Source of the DNA: an uncultured archaeon
GTDB lineage: Archaea > Asgardarchaeota > Lokiarchaeia > Sigyniarchaeales > SOKP01
Assembly (NCBI GenBank): GCA_964632315.1
Contig: CAZWEM010000073.1
Span: 1 to 14,537 of the forward strand
DNA: 14,537 bases
Direction of reading: 5' to 3'
In this document: piece by piece, positions 1 through 7,967 of the stretch
Numbering within the stretch: position 1 is the stretch's first letter
Layout: every line of letters starts with the position of its first letter
The notes under the pieces: generated by a model
What the model saw: only the letters and a program-made list of their open reading frames with translations
Told to the model about the DNA's origin: nothing
Database searches by the model: none
Position numbers and translations under genes: made by a program

Positions 1-264
1 AGAGGAGTATATCCAAAAGCTAAAAGGGTTTTATATTTCCATTTAGCGACGTTTATCTTTGCGATACCGCTTTGGCTTCCTTTTTTGCCATTCTCTGCAT
101 TTTTCTTGTCGTTATGGGGCTTTATCCTTTTGATTCACTATGGTTTATTTGAATTCATTCATTTCGTTGTTCATAGAAATTCAAGGGATAACAAAGGTTC
201 TAAAACGTCGCATATCCAACGTCTGGTTGAAAAAGAAATGGAGAAAATGAAGAGAGAATTATAA
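1..264 (+). CDS. 3' end of a 2TM-domain membrane protein (5'-truncated by the window), close paralog of 5755..6720
   Basis: Not in the ORF track. Frame 1 is open from base 1 (RGVYPKAKRVLYFHLATFIF...HIQRLVEKEMEKMKREL) to TAA at 262-264. It aligns without gaps to 6457..6720 with 22 mismatches in 264 nt (hand count). Confidence 0.92.
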   Translation, partial: RGVYPKAKRVLYFHLATFIFAIPLWLPFLPFSAFFLSLWGFILLIHYGLFEFIHFVVHRNSRDNKGSKTSHIQRLVEKEMEKMKREL

Positions 265-366
265 AGTCGTTATTATTTTATATTCTAATTTCTAGTTATT
301 ATTTCACCAAAAAAAGAAAATGAAAGATATTAATTACAAAATAAAAAATGAACTTTTTATCCAAAC

Positions 367-1380
367 TTAGAGCAAGAGTAGTATTAGTAGAATTACAATT
401 ACACTGATAAGTGCAAGGTATGAAATTAAGATCATTCTGTATATAGGTTTTTTTATATCATCACCTGACATGCCTTTAAATCCAGTTCTGCTAAGGAAAG
501 ACCTTGCTTGAAGATCTAAGTCCTTTTGATTTCTAATTGCATGCTTTTCGAGGTCTTGCTTAATGACGAAGTGCTGACTATAAGGAAAGATCATAGCGTT
601 TACTGGTTTGAAAGGATCTATGATATTAGCCAGATAAGAGTTTGACTGGATTGAAACCTGTTCTAAAGGAATGTTTATCGCTTCTTTTACCATATCTGAG
701 TTAAAAATCAGGCTGAAAGGTTCTGAGAAATCGCTTTTTACCTCACCGCCATAATCTACAGTAAGATTTCCTTCAATCCAGAGAGATTCGTCCAATTCTC
801 TCGAAACGCCATTTTTTAAGTCAACCGATACAATGAATTCTTTATTGTTGGTGCGATTCTTAATATCAACCAGTAATTCCCCAAAACATGTGGTTGCAAA
901 CACCGCAGGGTCACATGTATATCCACAAAATCCATTCTTTGGATCATAGCTGTTAGTATTCGTTTCATAATCACAAATGATCCAAGATAACAACCCAGTT
1001 TCTTTATTACGAGCAATAATATAAAACTCGATTCGCATGCCTATAAATCCTGATGTTCGAGCGGTAAATACGCTTGCAATTGCCATGGGTATCTTTGCAT
1101 CGTTCTTATAGAATGAGGTTTCAGCAAGTTCATATCCGTCGGGGAGCATCTCTTGTGCTGCTGAAGTATTTGTTATCTTAAAAGATAGAAATAAACCATA
1201 GGGATCTACTATGAATCCCATATAAGGGACTTTTTTCTTACCGCTCTCCGTAAATTTATGTTGTGTTTTTTTAGGAAGAGAGGCACTGAAGCTACTCAAA
1301 AAACTTATAGCAGTTACATCTTGAGGCTTTACAAGAGATTCTGTCTTCCTTATGAAGTTCTTGTATTCTTCGTGGTTCAT
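367..1380 (-). CDS. Hypothetical protein with C-terminal membrane anchor; paralog of 1411..2433; possible acetoacetate-decarboxylase-like fold
   Basis: 337-aa ORF. Shares blocks with its neighbour (KKVPYMGFIVDPY, MLPDGYEL, FTARTSGFIGMRIEFYIIA, ETGLLSWI, LWIEGN, FPYSQHF). Ends in a hydrophobic helix. The fold guess rests only on the 'LPxGYEL' pattern. Confidence 0.8.
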   Translation of the reverse strand: MNHEEYKNFIRKTESLVKPQDVTAISFLSSFSASLPKKTQHKFTESGKKKVPYMGFIVDPYGLFLSFKITNTSAAQEMLPDGYELAETSFYKNDAKIPMAIASVFTARTSGFIGMRIEFYIIARNKETGLLSWIICDYETNTNSYDPKNGFCGYTCDPAVFATTCFGELLVDIKNRTNNKEFIVSVDLKNGVSRELDESLWIEGNLTVDYGGEVKSDFSEPFSLIFNSDMVKEAINIPLEQVSIQSNSYLANIIDPFKPVNAMIFPYSQHFVIKQDLEKHAIRNQKDLDLQARSFLSRTGFKGMSGDDIKKPIYRMILISYLALISVIVILLILLLL

Positions 1381-1410
1381 TTATATAACCCTCTTTTTTT
1401 AAATCCATCT

Positions 1411-2433
1411 TCATGGATTAATTATCAATAAAATAATTAGGAAAATAAAGATTACCATAAATAAAGAGATAGTCAATAAAAGCATTATCTTTATATTTCG
1501 TGTTGAAAAGGTTTTTATTTCTTTCATATCTGCAATTTTGTTATAGATCTCGATCATGTCATTGATATCTTTGATATAGGTACGACGGCCTGGACTATCG
1601 GCAATATAATGCTGGGCAAAGGGAAAACATAACACCTTACATAGTTCGGGATCTGCTAAATCCGGGAAAAGATTGTTAAACTTTAAATGAATATCCTCAA
1701 TAGGAATATCTAAAGCTTTTTCAACTTCAGCAGGATCAAATATTACGGCAAGTGTATCATCCTTGTTATCTGATTTATTATCGGAATATTTTTTACTGTG
1801 TCCAATCGATGTATTTCCTAGTACCCAAAGGGGTTGATCGAGGTTTCGCATTTTTCCATTGGTAATATTACCCGTTAATATTATCTGTCGGTCAGTCTTG
1901 TCTTCTTTAAAATCAAGTAATATTTCTCCTTTTGAGTTTGTCGTAAATATAGCATTTTTACTGTTTCTGTCTGCAACTCCTACTGAAGGGTTGGCAATTA
2001 TTGTATTGCTCAAAATATCTATAAAAATAAAGGAAATAAGCCCAGTTTCCTTATCTTCTGCAATGAGATAACATTCAAGTCTAGAACCCCAAAAAGTACT
2101 TGCTCGGGTATTAAAAATCCCCATTCCGAAATAATGATCTGGATCTTCATCAGCAAAAATTCTGGTCTTTTTCAACTCATAGCGTTCTGGCAATAACGAT
2201 TTTGCCTTCTCGATATTTTTGAGCTTAAAGAATAAGAACAGACAGTAGGGTTCAATAACGAAACCCATGTACGGGGTCTTTTTGGAAGTTTTGATTAATA
2301 ATTTTTTAAAAAGTGAGCGAGGCAAAAGCTTTTTGAATGTTTGAAAGAAATACAAATGGCTAACTTCCTTTGGATCAATTAAGTTTTCCACATGTCTGAT
2401 AAATTTTTCATCGTCTAAAATTTTCATATTCAA
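1411..2433 (-). CDS. Hypothetical protein with C-terminal membrane anchor; paralog of 367..1380
   Basis: 340-aa ORF from TTG at 2433; ATG at 2427 is an equally plausible start. Motifs KKTPYMGFVIEPY, LLPERYEL, FNTRASTFWGSRLECYLIA, LWVLGN, FPFAQHY. C-terminal TM helix. Confidence 0.8.
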   Translation of the reverse strand: MNMKILDDEKFIRHVENLIDPKEVSHLYFFQTFKKLLPRSLFKKLLIKTSKKTPYMGFVIEPYCLFLFFKLKNIEKAKSLLPERYELKKTRIFADEDPDHYFGMGIFNTRASTFWGSRLECYLIAEDKETGLISFIFIDILSNTIIANPSVGVADRNSKNAIFTTNSKGEILLDFKEDKTDRQIILTGNITNGKMRNLDQPLWVLGNTSIGHSKKYSDNKSDNKDDTLAVIFDPAEVEKALDIPIEDIHLKFNNLFPDLADPELCKVLCFPFAQHYIADSPGRRTYIKDINDMIEIYNKIADMKEIKTFSTRNIKIMLLLTISLFMVIFIFLIILLIINP

Positions 2434-2472
2434 AAAATAAGATATCTATCAAGAAATTTAAAATCTATTGGA

Positions 2473-2485
2473 ATTTATTATAAAT
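2473..2485. promoter_or_regulatory. Palindromic TATA-like element between divergent operons
   Basis: ATTTAT-T-ATAAAT lies about midway between the divergent starts at 2427/2433 and 2528. Confidence 0.35.
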
Positions 2486-2527
2486 GATCCTTTTGTTAGC
2501 TTCAGTTAAAAAATAAGAGCGATTCTC

Positions 2528-2968
2528 ATGAGTTATAGAATTGAAACTAAGGAACAATTCGTCAATCTATGGACGAATATTTATAATACTCAAGGTAAAC
2601 CAGATTGGTCACACATACTTCCCTACTATGATGATGATATTCATTTCCGTGATACTATTCAAGAAATTCGAGGCATGAAAGAATTTAAAGCTATGACTGA
2701 ACGGTTAGTTGAACGATCTCAAGATTTAAAGATGAAGATTGTCAATATTCTTTTTGAAGGGAACATTATTTTGTTTGAATGGGAAATGTCATTAAGCTTT
2801 AAGAGATCTCCTAACTCAACATTATTCGGTGCAAGCCGAATCACGTTGAATGAATCAGGCAAAATTATTAAACAACGAGACTATTATGATCTATGGGGTG
2901 ATATTTTTGATAATATACCCTTGCTCGGAAAAGGATATCGGAGATTTATGAAAAAAATGTTTGGGTGA
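2528..2968 (+). CDS. SnoaL-like / NTF2-family protein
   Basis: 146 aa with YDDDIHFRD, IRG, 'GASRITLNESGKIIKQRDYYD' and 'IPLLG', typical of NTF2-like (SnoaL_2/DUF2358-type) proteins. Overlaps the next gene via GTGA. Confidence 0.85.
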   Translation: MSYRIETKEQFVNLWTNIYNTQGKPDWSHILPYYDDDIHFRDTIQEIRGMKEFKAMTERLVERSQDLKMKIVNILFEGNIILFEWEMSLSFKRSPNSTLFGASRITLNESGKIIKQRDYYDLWGDIFDNIPLLGKGYRRFMKKMFG

Positions 2969-3912
2969 TTCATTTGAATAAATATTTAAAAGAGTATAAA
3001 TTGTCCCAGATACGTGCAATGCGCAAGAATAAAAAAGCAGACGTCAAGGAATGTGAAGAAGATTTTAAGGGAAAATTAGTGGTTATTACGGGAGCAACTT
3101 CGGGAATCGGCTATTTTACAGCAAGAGAATATGCAGCTCATGGAGCTAATCTTTTATTGATAAATCGAAATGAAGAAAAATCAATAAACGTTTGTGAGGA
3201 AATTCGTCAAGAATTTGGAGTAAAATGTGAATACAAAATTGCAGATTTTAGTCAAATTTCTGATGTAAAAAACGTTGGGAATGAGCTATTAGAATCTGAT
3301 CAGATAATCGATGTTTTTATTCATAATGCAGGGGTATATTCGACAAAAAAAATTATAACTGACGATGATTTAGAACTAGTTTTTCAAGTTGATTATTTAG
3401 GGTCTTTCATTCTGACTTATATGCTAAGAGATAAATTAAAAGCTCAAAAAAAAGCAAGAATTCTTCTAGTAAATTCTGAAGGACACCGTTTTGCCATTTT
3501 AGGAATACATTTAGATGACCTTAAATGGGAAGATCATCATTATTCAGGTCTACGCAGTTATGGGGTTGCTAAAACTGCTCAACTACTGTCAATGATTAAA
3601 TTTGATGATTATTTCAAAGATAGTGGAGTAACTATCAATGCCATGCATCCTGGAAGCGTAAAGTCAAATATGGGGCAAAATAACGGTAGACTTTATCGTT
3701 TTTTTAAGCGTCTATTTGTTGATCGAGCTGCAAAATCACCAGAAATATCAGCTACAGCTTTATACTATCTAGGTGTTTCAGAAGAACTTGAGGGTGTTAG
3801 TGGAAAATTTTATAGAGTTACTGCAGAAGAACAGCCAGCCCCTCCAGCATTGGATAGAGAGGTTGCAGATGAACTTTGGGATTTAAGTATTGAATTGGGT
3901 GGATTAGAATGA
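2965..3912 (+). CDS. Short-chain dehydrogenase/reductase, retinol dehydrogenase/WWOX-like subgroup
   Basis: TGATSGIG Rossmann motif, HNAG, catalytic YGVAK (YxxxK), MHPG, and C-terminal 'GVSGKFY...ADELWDLS'. GTG start. Confidence 0.92.
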   Translation: MIHLNKYLKEYKLSQIRAMRKNKKADVKECEEDFKGKLVVITGATSGIGYFTAREYAAHGANLLLINRNEEKSINVCEEIRQEFGVKCEYKIADFSQISDVKNVGNELLESDQIIDVFIHNAGVYSTKKIITDDDLELVFQVDYLGSFILTYMLRDKLKAQKKARILLVNSEGHRFAILGIHLDDLKWEDHHYSGLRSYGVAKTAQLLSMIKFDDYFKDSGVTINAMHPGSVKSNMGQNNGRLYRFFKRLFVDRAAKSPEISATALYYLGVSEELEGVSGKFYRVTAEEQPAPPALDREVADELWDLSIELGGLE

Positions 3913-5513
3913 ATGACTCGAAGCATCAAATTGTAATAGTTGGTGCTGGTATGGCCGGATTAGCTGCTGCTGCCTATTTGTCTAGGGCAAAATATGATGT
4001 CCTTTTAATTGAAAAAAATAAGGAAATTGGAGGTTTAGTTAACACAATTGAACGAGATGGATTTTTCTTTGATACAGCTGCAAGATCGATTGAAAATTCT
4101 GGTATTATTAAACCATTTTTGAAGGATTTAGGAATAAATCTAGAGATTACTAACAGTCCTATCTCTGTTGGGATTGAAAGCGAAGTTATTAATATCCGTT
4201 CGAAAGATAGTTTGTTTGATTATAAGAACTTACTAGAAAAATTGTACCCTGAAAAGATAGAAGATATCCAAAGAATTGTCTCATTTATGGAAAAAATGAT
4301 GAAAGATATGGCCATTTTATATGGGATTGACAATCCCCTTTTAAAAGATCTTAAGAAAGATAAAAAGTATCTATTTAAAGAACTACTTCCATATTTGGGA
4401 AAATTCTTGTTAACTGTTCGGCGCATGAATCGCCTAGATGAACCAGTTGAAGAATTTTTGGAAAAAATGTCTTCATACAGACCTCTTACTGATATAATCG
4501 ACCAGCATTTCTTTAAAAATACACCTACATCTTTTGCCATGGGCTATTTCTACGTTTATCTTGATTATATTTACCCAAAGGGTGGTACAGGTCAAATACC
4601 TAAAGCTATTGAACAAAAAGTTATCGAATGGGGAGGGAAAATCCAAACTGAGACAGAAATCTCCAAAATTATACCTTCAATGAATCAAGTAATCGATTTC
4701 AATGGTAATTTATATCCCTATGATTATCTCATTTGGTGCGCAGATCTAAAGACATTATACAAGAGACTCGATACAGATAATTTGGAGAATAAAATTTCTC
4801 GTAAAATTGAAAATCAAAAAGAAAAATTTATTTCTAATCGTGGTGGAGACTCGGTATTTAGTTTGTTCATCGGAGTTGATGAACCACCTGAAAAATATAA
4901 ATCAATTTCACACGGACACTTCTTTTATACTCCATCCAAAAAAGGTCTTGGAAAACTTAATCGTTCGGTATTAAAATCATTACTCGAAAATTTTGAAAAC
5001 ACCCCAAAAGAAGAAATCCTAAAGTGGTTAGATAAGTTTTGTAAATTAAATACTTACGAAATTTCAATTCCTGTACTTAGAGATCCATCATTAGCTCCAG
5101 AAGGAAAAACCGGGTTGATAATTAGTTTACTTGTTGAATATGAGTTATTTAAAAAAGTTCAAGAAGCGTCTTGGTATGAAGAATTTAAAACAGAATTTGA
5201 AAATTGCATTTTAGACACAATTTCAAATTCTATTTATCCTGGAATCAAAGAAAAAATTCTATTTAAATTTTCATCGACTCCAATAAGCATCTCAAAAATT
5301 GCGGGAAGTTCCGAAGGGGCAATTACAGGATGGTCATTTGAAAAGCAGGTTCCAGTAGTAACCAGTCTCCTTAAAATATTTAAATCGGTTTTAACCCCAA
5401 TTCCTAAAGTACTACAAGCGGGTCAATGGGTTTATAGTCCTTCTGGAATACCCATAGCAATTCTCACTGGTCTTCTTTCTGCTAAGAAAGTAATGAAAAA
5501 TATTAAAAGTTGA
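3909..5513 (+). CDS. FAD-dependent oxidoreductase, phytoene desaturase (CrtI)/retinol saturase-like (COG1233)
   Basis: VGAGMAGL...EKNKEIGG, YPKGG, DPSLAPEGK, STP, GAITG and QAGQW...GIP motifs. ATGA overlap with the SDR gene. Confidence 0.9.
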   Translation: MNDSKHQIVIVGAGMAGLAAAAYLSRAKYDVLLIEKNKEIGGLVNTIERDGFFFDTAARSIENSGIIKPFLKDLGINLEITNSPISVGIESEVINIRSKDSLFDYKNLLEKLYPEKIEDIQRIVSFMEKMMKDMAILYGIDNPLLKDLKKDKKYLFKELLPYLGKFLLTVRRMNRLDEPVEEFLEKMSSYRPLTDIIDQHFFKNTPTSFAMGYFYVYLDYIYPKGGTGQIPKAIEQKVIEWGGKIQTETEISKIIPSMNQVIDFNGNLYPYDYLIWCADLKTLYKRLDTDNLENKISRKIENQKEKFISNRGGDSVFSLFIGVDEPPEKYKSISHGHFFYTPSKKGLGKLNRSVLKSLLENFENTPKEEILKWLDKFCKLNTYEISIPVLRDPSLAPEGKTGLIISLLVEYELFKKVQEASWYEEFKTEFENCILDTISNSIYPGIKEKILFKFSSTPISISKIAGSSEGAITGWSFEKQVPVVTSLLKIFKSVLTPIPKVLQAGQWVYSPSGIPIAILTGLLSAKKVMKNIKS

Positions 5514-5602
5514 ATTTGAGTTGGCAAGTCTAAATATAACTACGAATATAAAATTAGATTTTCGCAACTATCTAAAATGCGATTATAATCTTGAAGCTAT
5601 AT

Positions 5603-5638
5603 AAAAGAGAAATGGAAAAATTGAATGAAAATAAATAG
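5603..5638 (+). pseudogene. Probable 3'-terminal remnant of another 2TM-family gene
   Basis: Reads KREMEKLNENK-TAG, resembling the family C-terminus EKEMEKMKKEL (19/23 nt match to 6685..6707). Its stop lies 8 nt before the promoter repeat; the intact gene's stop lies 10 nt before the second copy. Confidence 0.4.
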
Positions 5639-5646
5639 CTCACCTT

Positions 5647-5689
5647 TTTGATCTATGTAGATCCAACAATATTTATATAGAGCGAACAA
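5647..5689 (+). promoter_or_regulatory. Duplicated promoter copy 1: palindromic operator GATCTA-TG-TAGATC (5650-5663) plus TATA box TTTATATA (5672-5679)
   Basis: 39/43 nt identical to 6731..6773; both copies precede 2TM genes. Confidence 0.75.
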
Positions 5690-5754
5690 CTAATTGTGTC
5701 ACAAAAATCAACAAAAATTCATTTGCTTATAATCTAATTAAAAAGGTTTTAAAA

Positions 5755-6720
5755 TTGAATTCAAAACAAAATCCCGTACAGAAAATAAAAACTCCAGATT
5801 TTGATGAGTTTAATGATGAAGATTTGAGCGATATTTTAATGAATATTCATCGATCGAAGCGAAGATTAATAATTCATGCTGAAATTTATATCCTGCTTAT
5901 TTTAGTCATAATTGCGTTTAGTATAGTTATAACTAATCTATCTCTCTTAATCTTCAGCATAATCGGTGCCTTGATATGGTTCATTGGGTTAGGTGAACAC
6001 ATCGTAGCATATCGTGTGAAATCCCGCGAGGTATATCCGAAGTCTAAACGAGGATTTTATTATCATCTTGGAGCGTTTCTTTTTAGTATTCCCCTTATGG
6101 CATTCGCAACTATGTTTGTATTTATCTTTATTCCCCTGCTAATCTGGGGGAGTATTGTATTTACGCACTATATCATGTATAAATTAATGGATAGTAATTC
6201 AATACTTCATCAAGTTGAGTCATCTAACTATGATACGATTCCTAAGTATGGTGGTTTTTCTGAAGCTCAATTAAGAGTTTTAGCAGTAAAGAAGGTAAGA
6301 TTTCGCATATCTGTTTATATTCATGCTGTAATTTTTATCGGGGTGAGTGTAACTTGGAATTTTCTTTCAGGAGCAAGAACTATTTTACCATTGATAATTA
6401 TAGGTCCTTGGTTTATAGTTCTTGGGGAGCACATCACTGCATATCTAATGTTCTCGAGAGGAGTATATCCAAAAGCTAAAAGGGTTTTATATTTCCATTT
6501 AGCGACATATATCTTTGCAATACCACTCTGGCTTCCTTTAATGCCAATTTCTGGAATTTTCTTGTCCCTATGGGGCTTTATTCTTTTGATTCACTATGGT
6601 TTATTTCAATTCATTCATTACGTTGTTCATAGAAATTCAAGGGATAACAAAGGCTCTAAAAAATCGCATATCCAACGTTTGGTTGAAAAAGAAATGGAGA
6701 AAATGAAGAAAGAATTATAG
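5755..6720 (+). CDS. 2TM-domain membrane protein with internal duplication (about four 2TM units)
   Basis: Two halves, each with IHA...W(F)IxLGEHIxAY...RxVYPKxKRxxYxHL...WG...HY. Homologous to 6809..7330. TTG start. Confidence 0.85.
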   Translation: MNSKQNPVQKIKTPDFDEFNDEDLSDILMNIHRSKRRLIIHAEIYILLILVIIAFSIVITNLSLLIFSIIGALIWFIGLGEHIVAYRVKSREVYPKSKRGFYYHLGAFLFSIPLMAFATMFVFIFIPLLIWGSIVFTHYIMYKLMDSNSILHQVESSNYDTIPKYGGFSEAQLRVLAVKKVRFRISVYIHAVIFIGVSVTWNFLSGARTILPLIIIGPWFIVLGEHITAYLMFSRGVYPKAKRVLYFHLATYIFAIPLWLPLMPISGIFLSLWGFILLIHYGLFQFIHYVVHRNSRDNKGSKKSHIQRLVEKEMEKMKKEL

Positions 6721-6740
6721 GTCAATTGCATTTGACCTAT
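6717..6740. repeat. 9-bp perfect inverted repeat ATAGGTCAA-N6-TTGACCTAT
   Basis: Spans the stop codon of 5755..6720 and the left arm of the second operator. Confidence 0.5.
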
Positions 6741-6773
6741 GTAGATCTAACAATATTTATATAGAATGAACAA
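6731..6773 (+). promoter_or_regulatory. Duplicated promoter copy 2: operator GACCTA-TG-TAGATC plus TATA box TTTATATA
   Basis: Near-identical to 5647..5689; upstream of the 2TM-PadR-hypothetical gene run. Confidence 0.75.
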
Positions 6774-6808
6774 TATTTTATAATATAAAATTTCACATTA
6801 ATTGTGAT

Positions 6809-7330
6809 ATGTTAATGGAAGGATCAAGATTTAATGGATTTTCAGAAGAAAATTTGAGGGCTATTGCGAGTAGGAAAGTAAACTTCCGCATGTCCGTCAA
6901 GATTCATGTCGGAGTATATCTCATCGTTAATGTCTTCTTATTCATCGTCAATTTGCTTTTTACACCGATGTTTTGGTGGGTTCTTTTTCCAGCATTGGCA
7001 TGGTTAATTGGTGTAGCTGAACATGTGGCTTCTTATCTAATGTATGCCCGTGGTGTTTATCCCTATGCTAAACGGGGCTTCATTTTCCACTTTATTGCGT
7101 TTATTTTCGTAAATTTGATGTTATTTATAATCAATCTTTTGACTCTACCAAGTTTTTATTGGATACTCTTTCCGGCACTTTTTTGGGGTCTCGGCTTAGC
7201 TATCCACGGGATTTCTTACATGATTTATCATAGAAGTTCTACTAATGAGAAGGGAATATATCAGTCTCGAAGGGAAAAGGCGATTGAGAAGGAACTGGAT
7301 AAAATGAAAAAAAAGATGAGTCGGAAATAA
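6809..7330 (+). CDS. 2TM-domain (PF13239-like) membrane protein with two tandem units
   Basis: Two copies of the H-x3-(Y/F)-x3-N-x6-N...W-x2-FP-x3-W-x6-H pattern and a C-terminal 'AIEKELDK' tail characteristic of 2TM proteins. Confidence 0.88.
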   Translation: MLMEGSRFNGFSEENLRAIASRKVNFRMSVKIHVGVYLIVNVFLFIVNLLFTPMFWWVLFPALAWLIGVAEHVASYLMYARGVYPYAKRGFIFHFIAFIFVNLMLFIINLLTLPSFYWILFPALFWGLGLAIHGISYMIYHRSSTNEKGIYQSRREKAIEKELDKMKKKMSRK

Positions 7331-7349
7331 CCTCGGAGGATGATGTGGC

Positions 7350-7964
7350 ATGTGGCTTGGAAAGTTTGTTGACTTGGAAGAGGATTTAGATGAACTAAAA
7401 GAACAAATTGAGAAGGAGATCTTCAATGGAATTAAAAAAAGCAAACTCACTCCTGTAGAATTCACGATAATTGAATCCATCTTTAATTTCAAAGGAATGT
7501 CTGGATATGACTTAATTCAAAATCTTAATAAGCATTTTGCAGGTACGTGGGTTGCCCAATCGGGAACAATTTACCCAATCCTATCTAAATTAGAGCGAGA
7601 TGGCTTTTTACGATCCAACATGGTGAAAACTCCCATTGGGCCCCTCCGCAAGGTGTATTTTTTGACTGAAGCTGGGGAAGAAATCATTAAATTAAAAGTC
7701 AATAAAAATTTTCACGATCAGCTTAAATTTCTCGAAAATTTTCTCGTAGAGTTGAGTTCTATTTACATTAGGTCAAACCCTCGTTCAGAAAGAAAGGAAC
7801 AGATAAAACTTCTTGAGGAGACATTAAAAGAGACATTTCAGAATGTCATGGAGCGAATTCCCTCAATTTTAGACTATAAGGATATTTGCGAGAATTGTGG
7901 CTCAGAAATAGGTCGTAAGGCAGCATATTGCCCCTATTGTGGCTTTGGGTTGATTTCTGTATAA
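7350..7964 (+). CDS. PadR-family transcriptional regulator with C-terminal zinc ribbon
   Basis: SGYDL, GTIYPILSKLERDG and RKVYFLTEAG are PadR wHTH signatures. C-terminal CENC-x10-CPYCG. GGAGG at 7335-7339. Confidence 0.92.
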   Translation: MWLGKFVDLEEDLDELKEQIEKEIFNGIKKSKLTPVEFTIIESIFNFKGMSGYDLIQNLNKHFAGTWVAQSGTIYPILSKLERDGFLRSNMVKTPIGPLRKVYFLTEAGEEIIKLKVNKNFHDQLKFLENFLVELSSIYIRSNPRSERKEQIKLLEETLKETFQNVMERIPSILDYKDICENCGSEIGRKAAYCPYCGFGLISV

Positions 7965-7967
7965 GTA

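Noticed and set aside
1-264. Diversity-generating retroelement TR/VR pair (1-264 vs 6457-6720): 12 of 22 mismatches are A in the downstream copy and only 1 is A in the upstream copy
   Set aside because: Ten mismatches are at non-A positions, both copies are coding, many changes are synonymous, and no reverse transcriptase is in the window. Ordinary paralog divergence fits better; revisit only if an RT lies upstream.
816-1016. 66-aa minus-strand ORF
   Set aside because: Alternative frame inside 367..1380 with no recognisable motif.
1859-2071. 70-aa plus-strand ORF
   Set aside because: Antisense shadow of 1411..2433.
4220-4540. 106-aa minus-strand ORF
   Set aside because: Antisense shadow of the FAD oxidoreductase gene.
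3909-5513. Assigning the symbol crtI
   Set aside because: Motifs support only the broad COG1233 family, and no crtB or crtY is nearby.
7196-7492. 98-aa minus-strand ORF
   Set aside because: Antisense to two well-supported genes; Ser/Phe-rich composition typical of shadow frames.
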